Shown here one piece after another: positions 26,061 to 38,415 of a stretch of 64,000 nt of DNA. The notes under the pieces were generated by a model, which worked only from the letters and a program-made list of their open reading frames with translations, ran no database searches and was not told the origin of the DNA. This stretch comes from Hypanus sabinus (Eukaryota), in contig NC_082710.1 in assembly GCF_030144855.1 (NCBI RefSeq), positions 48,794,001-48,858,000 of the forward strand, written 5' to 3'. The number at the start of each line of letters is the position of its first letter. Positions within the stretch are counted from its first letter, which is position 1. The translations under genes were made by a program, and so were the position numbers.

Positions 26061-27615
26061 TCAGCAAACATAGTGCTCTGATGAACAGTGTCCAACTTGA
26101 AGCAATTTTTTTTCTCTTCCAACAGAAGTAGCCTGACCGGCTAAGAATTTCCATCTTTTTCTGTCTTTTTCCTTTAAATTGTTGAACAGAATCACCAGAA
26201 AAATTAGTGCAAACTGCAGATTCACAGCAGGAGGCCACTTAAAAGGGATTTGCTTCGGAAACTTCAGATCTTTACAAATCCGGACTCCTGTATCCTGCGG
26301 AGATCCAGTGTTGTGTAACCAAGCTATCCCTATACATTTCTGATGGCAAAATACCTTTTGAAAAAATGACCATACCCTCAGTTGAAAACTTCAGTTCCTA
26401 ACAATAAAGGAACATACATGATTTGTGTGATATTTCATTGTACAGACACATTGTTTACAATAAAGTATATTAAATTTCTCCTTCAGACACTTGCAGTATT
26501 TTTTTAAATGGCAGATCATGTCTTGTTACTGCAGCCAAAATTCTTTTCTGTCGAATTTCGATTTTGCATGAAGTGTAGAACAAGATAGTATACAGCCTTC
26601 TGATTTGAATGTAACATCAAAAAAAACAGCCCAAGAGATGAGATTAGAAGATCTCCATTTGATATCGCTGCCAAGAATATAGAGATCTTTCCACTTTAAA
26701 TCCCAATTTAAATTCTGCCAAGGTTTAATTATGTACACAAGCTGAGGAATCTGATTTCAGTCATTTGGCAAAACAAAAATAACAGACCTTCCCATGAATA
26801 GGATTCTTATATGAGATGGATTATTCCAAACAGTTTAGCATTTTTAATATGTAGACAGGAGATCATTTTAGCCACATCCCTTCAACCCAGTTGTAGCTCT
26901 GCATCTGATCTGAACTCTGCTGCAGATTAAATCAAGACAGATAAAACTGGAACTCAAGTGTGGTGATACGATGGGCAAGGGGTACAAGACCAAGCAAGCA
27001 AACATTATTTACAAACAAGTCGAGTGTCAGATAAATTTGGAGCATTAAATAAAAGCGTAAAACCTGTAATAATGATTTTTATTTAATTTTATTTCAAAGG
27101 AAAAACAGAAACAAAAACAAGGATAATGATATGTGCAACTCCTCTCACCTGCAATATTAATAGGGGGAATCACAAACACAAAAGGCTTTTGTTGATTCAA
27201 CATTATTAAACTGATCGCACTTCATAATCCTTGGAGCAGGCACCCAACGTACAGAACGAGGACAATATTTGTGAGCAGAATGAAAAATAGGACAGTCATT
27301 TCAAGTATTATTTTTAATCAAGTATTTAATTTCCCAGAAAGTAATGATCCCCCAAGTTTTCTGCCCCAGAATATGAAGTCCAGATGGTAAGAAATATTCA
27401 GTCCTATTACCAGCATCCTTAATGGACCAACATAGACAGGCCATGACACATTGAAAGACAGGGCAGTCTTGATGGGCTTGGTGGCCCACTCATGCTCTGA
27501 TTTTCACTCTTGTGAATCACAGGGGGAAAAAGTTCAATGTATGCAGTAACCTATGCTCAACTAAAACAAGAAAATACCAAAGCTATCATCAAAAAGTAAA
27601 TATTCTGCAATTATA

Positions 27616-28342
27616 TGTAAGGGGGTTTCTTCTTTTGTGGGGTTCCTCTGTTACTGCGTATGTTAATCAAAATGGCTTCTTTGTTTTTTTTTAAAGTAGG
27701 AATGCTTTGTTATGTTAAGTGCTTTCTCTCGCAGTTTGTTTGGGTTAAAATTACTGATATTGTGAATTGTATTCGTTTGTTAACCAATTGGGATTAATGA
27801 CATTCTTTCTTCTGGGTCTGTAAACTGATCGTTGGCTGGCATTTTGGGAGTCGGCGCTAGGGGGTGAGAGGGAGAGGACGTGATGCTGTAAGCTGGGCGA
27901 TGGAATGGACCTCAAGCAGGGGTCTGAGGCCAGGAGGTTCGGCGAGGAGAGGAGACGAAGACAGAGGGCACTTGGTTGATCACTTCAGGTGGTCCTGAGC
28001 TGCGAGTCAAGGAGGTCTGAGGGGATCGAATGGTGGCCAAAAGACTTAGTTAATTGAGCTCCAATGGTTGTGCACAAAGTGGTTTGGACCTTGATAAGTT
28101 TCAGCACCTTTTCTTTATTTTCTTTTCCTTCATATATACTATATCGTTATTAATCACTTGGTTTTAGTAATCTCTATAACGTATTATCATTTAATCCCAT
28201 ATGGTGTACTGTCCGTTATTTGGCAGGATGAAGACATTACGCAGCATCCACACAAGCTGATTATCTAGTTTGGCAGGGCCGAAAGCTGCTCCCCCTAGAC
28301 AGAAGCGAGCTGAGCGAGCTTGAGGCTAGCCAGGGAGCTACA
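27616..28342 (+). mobile_element. Probable solo LTR (~730 bp)
   Basis: TGTAAG...GCTACA termini with an abrupt CpG/GC-richer composition and no ORF; no clean TSD. Confidence 0.6.
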
Positions 28343-28630
28343 TAACATATATACATATAGTGTCTTTCATAATCCAAGGACATCCCAATGTTCTTCAGAA
28401 CAAAGCAAGCACATCAGAAGTGCTGTCACTGTTGCAGGGAAATAGCCTTGTTTCCAAACAAAGCCAGTCTGAGCCAAGCTCGACACAATGATGTATTACA
28501 GGCCAGGGCTACATTTTCCAAAAAACTTTCAGATTTTGCTCAAGTTGGACCATACAGGCTCAGGATCACATCCAGGTTAATGTAAGTGTGTCAGCAAGAT
28601 GTAGCTTTGCTGGCTGGACACTTGATCCAG

Positions 28631-29690
28631 GATAGAACCATAGAACATTACAGCACAGAAACAGGCCTTTTGGCCCTTCTTGGCTGTGCCAAACCATTTT
28701 TCTGCCTAGTCCCACTGACCTGCACCTGGGCCATATCCCTCCAAACCCCTCTCATCCATGTACCTGTCCAAGTTTTTCTTAAATGTTAAACATGAGTCCA
28801 CATTTACCACTTCATCTGGCAGCTCATTCCACACTCCCACCACTGTGTGTGTGAAGCCCCCCCCCCCCCCATGCTCCCTTTAAACTTTTCCCTCTTCACC
28901 CTTAACCCACATCCTCTGGGTTTTTTCTCCACTAACCTCAGTGGAAAAAGCCAGCTTGCATTCACTCTATCTATACTCATCATAATTTATATACCTCTAT
29001 CAAGTCTTCCCTCATTTTTCTACGCTCCAGGGAATAAAGTCCTAACCTATTCAACCTTTCTCTGCACTCTTTCAACCTTATTAATATCCTTCCTGTAATT
29101 CAGGGACCAAAACTGTACACAATACTCCAAATTCAGCCTCACCAATGCCTTATACAACTTCACCATAACATTCCAACTCTTATACTCAATACTTTGATTT
29201 ATAAAGGCCAATGTACCAAAAGCTCTCTTTACTACCCTATCTATTTGCAACGCCACTTTTAGGGAGTTTTGTATCTATATTCCCAGATCCCTCTGTTCCA
29301 CTGCACTCCTCAGTGCCCTACCATTTATCTTGTATGTTCTACCTTGGTTTTTCCTTCCAAAGTGCAATACCTCACACTTGTCTGTATTAAACTACATCTG
29401 CCATTTTTCAGCCCATTTTTCCAGCTGGTCCAAATCCCTCTGCAAGATTTGAAAACCTTCCTCACTGTCCACTACACCTCCAATCTTTGCATCATCAGCA
29501 AATTTGCTGATCCAATTTACCACACTATCATCCAGATCATTGATATAGATGACAAACAACAATGGACCCAGCACTGATCCCTGTGGCACACCACCAGTCA
29601 GACCTCCCCTCAGAGAAGCAATCTTCCATTACCACTCTCTGACTTCTCCCATTGAGCCAATGTCTAATCCAATTTACTACCTCACCATTT
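28631..29690 (-). mobile_element. CR1 LINE 3' region with internal deletion
   Basis: PQGSVLGPLLFVIYINDLD...KFADD (29392..29589), LEYCVQFWS (29047..29256), and 3' UTR at 28631. Confidence 0.9.
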
Positions 29691-32600
29691 GAGGATTTTG
29701 CTTGCAAATATCAGCCTCAAGCACAAGTTGGTGTCTTGGTGTCAATATTTGGCAAGCTGGTGGGCAGAGAACATCACCTGAAAAAGTTCGTCCCTGACTC
29801 CATACATTATTTCAGGACAGCATCTGTGCCACAGTAAGGGGACGACCCTCAATGGAAAACAAAGGTCCTCACTAAGACTAGGAATACCTTTCTCAAGCAA
29901 GGATTACATGGGAACTCATTTAATGTCTACACGTGACTTTCTGCAAAGTATTCAGGGCCAGGTAAGATCAGATGAAGAATAAGTACCCAGCTTCAAATCA
30001 GATTTTGACTAGCTGTGATCATGTTGGACCTTAGCTTTATAATTCAGAACTAAATTGGATTTTAATTTTACCGAAGATTTGAGGATCCTATTTAAATCCA
30101 CTATTTAAGGATGAGTAAGAGAGTTCCTACTCATTCATTAAATAGTACCACAGGATGTTTTGTGTTCAATGAGGAAAGGAGCCCTTAATTTATTCTGAAG
30201 TTGAACTTCATCATTAAATGAAGTGGTTCTGCATCTCACAGCATTCTGACTCAAAAGGGAAAGAACACTATAAACAGGCAGACAACAATGAGGAGAGACC
30301 CTTCTAGAAGTATTTGTCAATAGGGGACTCCAACTTAATCCAGATTACGAACAACAGCAAAACAAATCTAAAGTACATGCGGTAAAATGAACTAAAGCAC
30401 AGATCAGTGGTTTTGCAACACTGATCAGACCTCTCAAACATAAGACCCATCTGAAAATGGTGGAAAATTCTCAAACAGTGATAGGACAAATGGAAGCTAT
30501 GGCTCAAATGGTGCTAATAACAGAAATAGCTTGGATTATATTTTAGATTAAGTGCAGAACTTTGGAAAAGACTAATCAGCTGTCTACTTATCATAACAAG
30601 TCTAATAATGAACAAATCAAGAGATAACCAGACAAGTAGCCTGTTAAGTTTGTTCCACATAAACATAATGTTTTCTGACAAAAAACTGTCCCATCAACCA
30701 GCCATTGATGCATAACAGCATTACAATTCTCAACTTCCCCCATCATCAGCATGTTGAAACAACATGGTTGCAAGACCAAGTAAAGGGTCAAACCATCTTG
30801 CAATGAGCAAGTCACCTAACAAAGCCATTCCAACATTCACAAGGCATGTGTCAGAAGCACTCTCCTCTTAAACAAGTGTAGTTTCAACATTCATGCATCT
30901 TAACAACATTCCACATCAAAGGCAGCTGCCTGACTGTCGCTCCATCCATCTCCAGTGCTATGTGACTATCTGCAAAGTGGACTACAGTTACTCACACTGA
31001 ATACATCAACAGTATTTCCCAAACCTGCAATAAAGGATAAGTGCAGTATGTTTATAAAAAGGCTACATCCTGCAAGTTCCCATTGTGACATGAAAATGCT
31101 TTTAGAATTATTTTTGTGCTGGTCAAATCTTCGATGTTCTATTCAACCACAGATCCTTCAAAGCAACTACAGTCGCTCAACAAGTCATCTTCAAGGGCAC
31201 TTTTTGATGAACAAAAACTACTGGCCATGTTAGCAACATCTACACCCAAATGTGAGAATAAAAAAAGCATCCCACAATTATATTGGGCTAACAATCAAAA
31301 CAGGAATACATGTTATAGTAGAACTTAACAATTTTGAAGAGAACTTGCATTGGCAGCAGGCATTCCACCATTATTGCTTGCAAAGGCAAATAATGAGGTA
31401 GAATTATCAAGAGAACAGTCTTCATTCAAGATAAAAAGACACACAACCAACAGCAATACCTAATATAACAATGTTCCAAAAGTCATAGCACACATACTTG
31501 TACACTCTGTAGCACTTAGTCAAGAAAAGGAAAATGAAATACCAAAAGAGCACAAGGCAATTATTACATGCTGGAAATAGGAAGACAGTAATTGATTCAC
31601 TTTTATATTCACTGCAGGACATATTTTAGTTTCAGGCTATTAAAATAAACCTCTTGTAAAGAACATTACAAATCCATTCATTGTTTTTATATGATGGTAG
31701 ACAAGTATACAGACTGAAGTGTCCCAAAAGAGCAAATGTAATTAATAACCAATTTATTTTTGACAAAGTATTTGGCCAGGGTGAAAATGTTAAAATCTTC
31801 TTCTGATTGGAGCCAATTGAGATACACTGAAGGTTGCTATCCCAGGGAGAAATGCTGAATGCACAGCAAAATTCAAGCCTAAAACTTAGACCACTGATAA
31901 AGAGGGGAAAGAGTGAGAAAAATAAGTAATGGTATTAGTATAGTGAAGAAAGCATAAGGAAACATTTTTCTTTTTAGAAAAAAAACCAACACCTGACAAT
32001 TCAATCTCTTAAAATTGCATTTTTTTCCCCTCTGCTAGTTGGCCATTTACAGTTTTCCCCAGAATCCGTAAACTTGGTAGTTTGTGGGTTAAGGAAGTGG
32101 TTAAAAAAAATACAAAATGGAGTTTTAAATGTCATTTTATATTCTCATAGCAATCAAACCAAACAGCTTTAAAGTAACATCAATTAATTTAACATGGTGA
32201 GGAGAGAATAAACAGAAATGTACAATGCGGATTGATGTACATGAACACCAAGAAAGAGGAAAGAAAGAAACGTCTGCATGTGTGTCTGTACAATTAAGGC
32301 ACATTATCATTTTCTCTTTTCTCCTTAAAACTTAAAGGGATAAAAAGGCTGGATGGTGAGCAAATTTCTGGATAGAAATTAAATCAGGGCCTCTAATGGT
32401 TCAGAAAAAGTTTACCCAAAGTACCCAAAGTCAAAGGGTCTGTTTTGTTACAAAAAAACATGGAGTTAGTTGAGGCATCAAGACATTGTCAATGAATGCC
32501 CTGGGCTAGAAATAAATTTTATGTTGAGGTCTTCAGGAATAAGAAAAACACTGGAGTAAAAGCAATACGTTCCAGACTGAAGGAGGTATCAAGGGGCACA

Positions 32601-33095
32601 AAACTAAGTAAGCGACTCACAGGAAGACAAACATCTGGATATGGTAATGCAGTCCTCCAGTTTCCATCATGAGAATTGCAACCTTTCCTCTATTCAGTTC
32701 CAACTACGTCCATCAACTCTTAACTTCAGAAAAGTACATCCCATCAACAAGCCACCTTTAAGCTTTTTAGACACTTCAAGTGCCATTAAAGTTTAAAACT
32801 TACTCCTATATTGCAGACTAAGTAGATAAGCATTTACAAATTCCTAAAATTAATTCCTAGGTACCAATTTTTTCTTCAGGAACAGTCCTGATTGACTAGC
32901 ACAATTTTGCAAAATGATTGGGACCCAAACATGGATATAAGCAAAAAAACTCTCCTTAATACAACTCCAGCAAATTAGGGAAATTTACTCAGGGTCACAC
33001 TTAAAACTGTTTAGAGATTTCCCGTATTCTTTCTAAATACCTCTGGCAATTTTTGGAAATTATTCTGCAATTGACTCCAGGCTTTTCTTAACTTA

Positions 33096-33264
33096 AACAA
33101 CACACACAAAATGCTGGTGGAACACAACAGGCTAGGCAGCATCTACAGGGAGACCCGAAACGTCGACAGCGCTTCTCCCTATAGATGCTGCCTGGCCTGC
33201 TGTGTTCCACCAGTATTTTGTGTGTGTTGTTTGAATTTCCAGCATCTGCAGATTTCCTTGTGTT
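33096..33264. mobile_element. Penelope-derived fold-back mini-element with 13-bp TSD
   Basis: 59-bp inverted repeat (33095-33153 / 33174-33232); TSD TTTTCTTAACTTA at 33083-33095 and 33265-33277. Confidence 0.85.
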
Positions 33265-33826
33265 TTTTCTTAACTTACATCATTTTGGTCGCTTACTCCA
33301 CCTGCCTTCCATCCCTCACCTTCCCTTTGTCTGCTCTTCCCTTCCTCGTTTCTTTGCAAATTAAAAGCTGTCTATCTTCAACCCTTCCTAGTTCTGACTA
33401 AAAGTTATAGACCAGTAAATTAAATTTTGTTTCTTCCCACATATCTATTACTGTACTCAAATATTTTCACCATTGTTTTTCTTTAAAAAAAAAAGGATGA
33501 CCTTACACTGAAGGCCCTTACTGTTCCCCTCCAAAGGGCCTCCAGTGCTCCTTCCAGAGATAACTCAGCATGCTAGGGAGAAAAACGTGACTAAAATGCA
33601 ATGAAAAGATAGAAAGCAATCTAAACTCATTGGGTCACTCAGTATTTCATGAAATAACCACGCTCAAATTAGGTGTTAAAGCTGCAAAAGAACTCAGTGC
33701 AGTTATCTTGGGGAGGGTAGATACCTGGAAAATGGATTTCTCTTAAATGACCATTACATTCAGTGCTAATGTTCAATCAAGCCTCCATGAAAACTGCAGT
33801 TCTTCCTTGAAGAAACAGTGACTTAC

Positions 33827-33948
33827 TCCCTTTATCCCAAACTTGCTTGTTTTACAGGTAGAGCTGCTTGTTGATGTTTCCAACCCTGCGCCATTCAAAT
33901 AGGTCATTGCTGTCAAGGTGATCGCCCCCACAGTAATCAAAATGAGGT
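33827..33948 (-). CDS. Candidate internal exon of the minus-strand host gene (122 nt)
   Basis: Long polypyrimidine tract plus TTAG acceptor and a GGA|GTAAGT donor. It is open in phase 1, compatible with exon 1: (D)LILITVGAITLTAMTYLNGAGLETSTSSSTCKTSKFGIKG. No recognised homology. Confidence 0.3.
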
Positions 33949-34207
33949 CTAACAAGATGGGGTAGAGAACAAGATAAAGAAATCACAGAAAATAGGGGTG
34001 GAAGGAGGACTGTTTATTGCAGATGGGCCTCCCACACCACCCCATACACAGACAGCTGATTGTGCTCCATGCCAGCGATGTCATCAGATCGCAAATCAAG
34101 GCACAGGTTAACTACAGTTATCATTTTACAGGAACCTCAAGCAGCAATGGCTGCCACAGAGAATTACTGGGCATGAACTACACCATAAAATTTACACCCC
34201 AGCGTGC

Positions 34208-34497
34208 NNNNNNNNNNNNNNNNNNNNNNNNNNNNNNNNNNNNNNNNNNNNNNNNNNNNNNNNNNNNNNNNNNNNNNNNNNNNNNNNNNNNNNNNNNNNN
34301 NNNNNNNNNNNNNNNNNNNNNNNNNNNNNNNNNNNNNNNNNNNNNNNNNNNNNNNNNNNNNNNNNNNNNNNNNNNNNNNNNNNNNNNNNNNNNNNNNNNN
34401 NNNNNNNNNNNNNNNNNNNNNNNNNNNNNNNNNNNNNNNNNNNNNNNNNNNNNNNNNNNNNNNNNNNNNNNNNNNNNNNNNNNNNNNNNNNNNNNNN
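34208..34497. other. Assembly gap (N run)
   Basis: Run of N. Confidence 1.
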
Positions 34498-34499
34498 CC

Positions 34500-36150
34500 A
34501 CCCTCTACCCACCAGAACTCTTAAATTTGTCCCCTCTCACTCTACATCAATCCCTCCCTAATTTTAATCTCCCCTACCTGGAGGGGACTACAGCAACCAG
34601 CCATCTTATCAAAAATATGCTTAAAATAATGAGGCATAGAGAATATCAGCCCTCATTCTCCTATATTACAAGGAATAGAGACTTGGCCTAGCCAAACTTT
34701 CCCTATGATCCAAACACTCTAGTCTTGGCAACTTCCTTAAACCTTTGCTGCATTCTTTCCAGTTTAACAGTCCTTCTAGAACAGGTGACCAAAACCATAC
34801 ACAGTTTTCAAAGTGCAGCTAGTCCTACACTCAGTGGCCCGACTGATGAAAGTCACTGTGCTAAATGACTTTTTCATCATCCTGTCCACCTGTGGCACCA
34901 CTTTAAATGAACCATGCCCTCATGCACCTTGGCCCCTCTGTTCCATTACACTCCACAGTGCCCATAGAAAGGCATTATCCTGCTTTGACTTTCCAAACCA
35001 CATCATCTCACACTTTTATGTACTGACATCCATTTACTGAAACTCAGTCCACTTTAACTGCTCAAATTTGCCTTGTAATCTATGATTACCTTCTTTACTA
35101 TTAACTGTAACACCTAATTTCATATAATCCACATATTTACTGATTAAGCCTTGTGCATTTACATCTAAATGATATAATTAGCAAACTGCAAGGGGGTCCC
35201 AACACCAATCCCTCAGGCACGCCACGAGTCACTGGCTTCGTTCCAGAAAACAATCTTCAAAAACCACCCTCAGCTTCCTATCTCTAAGCCAAATTTGAAT
35301 CCACCCAACCAGCTCCCTTGGATTCCAGGGATCTAAACTTTCAGACCGCTCTATCACACAGTTCCTGTTAGATACCCTGCAGAAGTCCAAGTAGACACAT
35401 CCACCATTCTACCCTCATCAAAACTCTAAAACGGTTCATCAAGCACGACTTCCTTTGCACAGAGCTTTGCTGCTTCCTCTTATCGGACCCTGTCTGCCCA
35501 AATACAGGTAGATTCTGTACTTTCAACAACTGATGTCAAGCTGACTGACCTGGTGTTTCCTGGCTTGTCCTTTCTATTTTTATTATATAAACAATGGATC
35601 ATGAGCTACCATCCAGTCTTTGGGATTAGTGGCCAACAATAAATCAAATATCTTTTCAAGGGTCTCCACGATAGCTTCTCTAGCCTTCCACAAAATCTGA
35701 GGGTACACTTTGTTAGGCCATGGGGATTTATCCATCTTTATGTTCTCAAGTCTACAATTACCTCCTCCCTGGTAACTTTAATGCCTCCAAATCCTTTCCA
35801 CTTGCTTCTCTCATCTCTTGAACAACCATGATTTTCTCCCCAGTAACACAGGAGAAATATTCTTTGAAAATGTCACCCATCTCCTGTGGCCTACGACATA
35901 GGTAGCCCTGCAGATCTCTAGCAGGCCTACCTACCATTTTGATAAAGGCACAGAAGCTCTTGGAGTTTTATTTATAGGCTTACCCACCAAATCCAACTCA
36001 TACCTTCTCTTTACCCTCCTGATTTCCTTCATGAGAATATTCTTAATTAAGGGATTCTCTCAACATCAACCTCCTAAACCCAATGTATGCTGACCAGAAC
36101 CTCAATATTTCTCCTTGGCAAGGGCTCCCTGAACTTGCCTGGTTAACACT
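34500..36150 (-). mobile_element. Old decayed CR1 ORF2
   Basis: Minus-strand remnants VPEGLVLGP, DKSPWP and FWSPVLE. Confidence 0.65.
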
Positions 36151-37617
36151 TCATCCTGATCATATAATGCATGCACAATACAGATGAAAATCAACAGCAT
36201 TGTAATGAATCACAACAAAAATGGGTTCGTCTAATCATCTGATGACTGGGATCTCAGCAGGGAAAGGATACATATACTTCAAAAGAGATGCAAAGTATTG
36301 TATTTTGTGTGTTTTGTGCCTATATAAAGCCACCATTTTTGAAACTGTAAATTCTATGCATTATTCTCATCGTGAAATCCATTTTTGTCCACAGGAATAA
36401 GAAAAAGGGGATAGGCAGATGGCGGAATATAGAGCAGCATCACAGGCAAATCCAGCTCCTGATTTAGTACACATCTTTGGTTTCATGACAAAACACGGTT
36501 TATTTCATTTGCACTTTAAAATTTCCTCATTATACATTGTCAACAAATCTCCATACACCATTTCTCTTATTCACACTGCAATCCACTCAACCAAATTAAA
36601 TCTCAGAATTATGAAAATCATAAGTGTCCCTTCTGAATTGTGTTTTCTTTGATCACCATCAAACATTTTTAGTGCAGTGTTCCTGAAGATCTGTAGCAAT
36701 ATGCAGGTTTACTATGTTAATTTTGTTTAAAAAAAGGTTTAAATAAACAAAGCATGCTGCTGCATAGTATGATACAAGTACTGAACATCAGCAAATCATA
36801 CAGAGTTAGCAATTTATAATAAAGCGAAAAGATGTTGGCTTTGCTGAACTGGGAACAGGAGAACTCTGCAAGGTGGATGATGGACTCTACTGGCTGTGTA
36901 GAGTGCAGCTCAAGAAGAATTCAGCACAAAGGCCAAAATCGAATATATAAAAAAAAATCTCAGGTTTCATTTTCTGAGTTTTGTGTCAAAAGTAGTTTGA
37001 GTTTTACTATCAATGTCCCAATTGTATTTTCCTAGAGGTTTCTGTAAAATTAAAATGGGAATTTGGTGAAAAGATCATAAATGCCAGTGGATGGACAAAA
37101 ACTTAGTGATGTTCTGCTTCAGCAATTCAATCATAAGAGGCATTTTCATTGTAACATTTTTAAATAAATGGTAAACAAACTACATGTGAATTAGTAAAAA
37201 CTTCAGAGGTGGTCACAGATTAAACACAGCAAGATGCAATAGAGAAGACAATTGTTTGAACAAAGGCTCCTAGAGCAGTTTAGTCACACAAAAATTTTGT
37301 TTGTAGTTATTCTTATCGATGTTATCACCAACTAAGTACTCAGTACATGATATGCAAAACAAGAAGTGTACATGCTGAAAATCTGAAACAAAACAGAAAA
37401 TGGAGCAAACACTCTGCAGGTTAGGCAGCCTGTGCATGAGGAGGAAAAGAGCTATCAACTAGAAACATTGTGTTTTTCTTTCCACAGTGCTGCCCGACTA
37501 GCAGAACACTCAACAGCTTTTTCTGTTTTTGTTCCAGGCACTTAGGCACATCTTCTTCACGACTGTCTCATCCTGATGCGATGTCAACTTAAGAGAAAAA
37601 TAGTTGCCAATCAAGTT

Positions 37618-38415
37618 CACCGGATGCGATAGTTGACCCCAACAAACTCACAAGTGAAGTGTTGCCTCACCTGGAAGGATTGTTTGGGGCTATGAATGGT
37701 GGTAAGAGAGGAGGAGTAGGGACAGGTGTAGCAATTACTCTTACAAAGAAATATTCGTGCTCCCGGTGCGGCCTCCTCTACATCAGTGAGACTCGACGCA
37801 GATTGGGGGAGCGCTTCGTCGAGCACCTCCCCTCCATCCGATACGACAGACAGGATCTCCCGGTTGCCACCCACTTCAACACTGCTTCACATTCCCATTC
37901 GGATATGTTCATACATGGCCTCCTCCACTGCCATGATGAGACCAAACTCAGGTTGGAGGAGCAACACCTCATATACCATCTGGGTAGTCTTCAGCCCCTT
38001 GGCGTGAACAATGAATTCGTCAACTTCCAGTAATTCCCTCCCTCTCCTTTCACCCATCCCACTTTCACTCTGCCTCTTCCTTCAGCTGCCCATCACCTCT
38101 CTCATCATTCTGCCTTCTTCTACTACACAGTGCTTTCACCTTACATTCCTTCTTCACCTTTCCTGCCTATCCCCTCCCTGCTTCCCCTCCCCCATCCCTT
38201 GATCTTTCCTCTGATTGGTTTTTAACCTGGCACCCATCAGCCTTCTCCTTTCCACCTTCTTTATGGGGCCCCTGCCTCCTCCCTCTTCAGTCCTGACGAA
38301 GGGTCTCAGCCCGAAACGTTGACTGCTCGTTTCCACGGATGCTGTCCGACCTGCTGAGTTCCTCCAGCTTGTTGTACATGATGACCTGACCACAGCATCT
38401 GCAGTGTACTGTGTG
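37618..38415 (+). mobile_element. Penelope-like element (Neptune type): GIY-YIG endonuclease 3' end plus terminal repeat, with 5' inversion
   Basis: CSRCGLLYISETRRRLGERFVEH...PVATHFN...EQHLIYHLGSLQPLGVN. The preceding Cys-rich linker (CYTCP...FQVRQHFTC) lies inverted at 37618-37748. Confidence 0.9.
38288..38325 (+). ncRNA. Minimal type I hammerhead ribozyme motif (Penelope-associated)
   Basis: CAGTC-CTGACGA-A-GGG(TCTCAG)CCC-GAAA-CGTT-GACTG. It has stem I CAGTC/GACTG, both conserved core boxes, a 3-bp stem II and a palindromic AACGTT stem III. Confidence 0.75.

Noticed and set aside
26190-26242. Plus-strand terminal exon candidate (ESPEKLVQTADSQQEAT*) with downstream AATAAA
   Set aside because: The polypyrimidine tract comes from a decayed Penelope-type repeat, and I found no upstream plus-strand exons.
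26526-26738. Trp-rich 70-aa minus-strand ORF
   Set aside because: No splice signals or homology; consistent with a chance ORF.
34017-34691. 224-aa ORF and neighbouring 106-107-aa ORFs; also 18015..18323
   Set aside because: Artefacts of N runs (poly-X).
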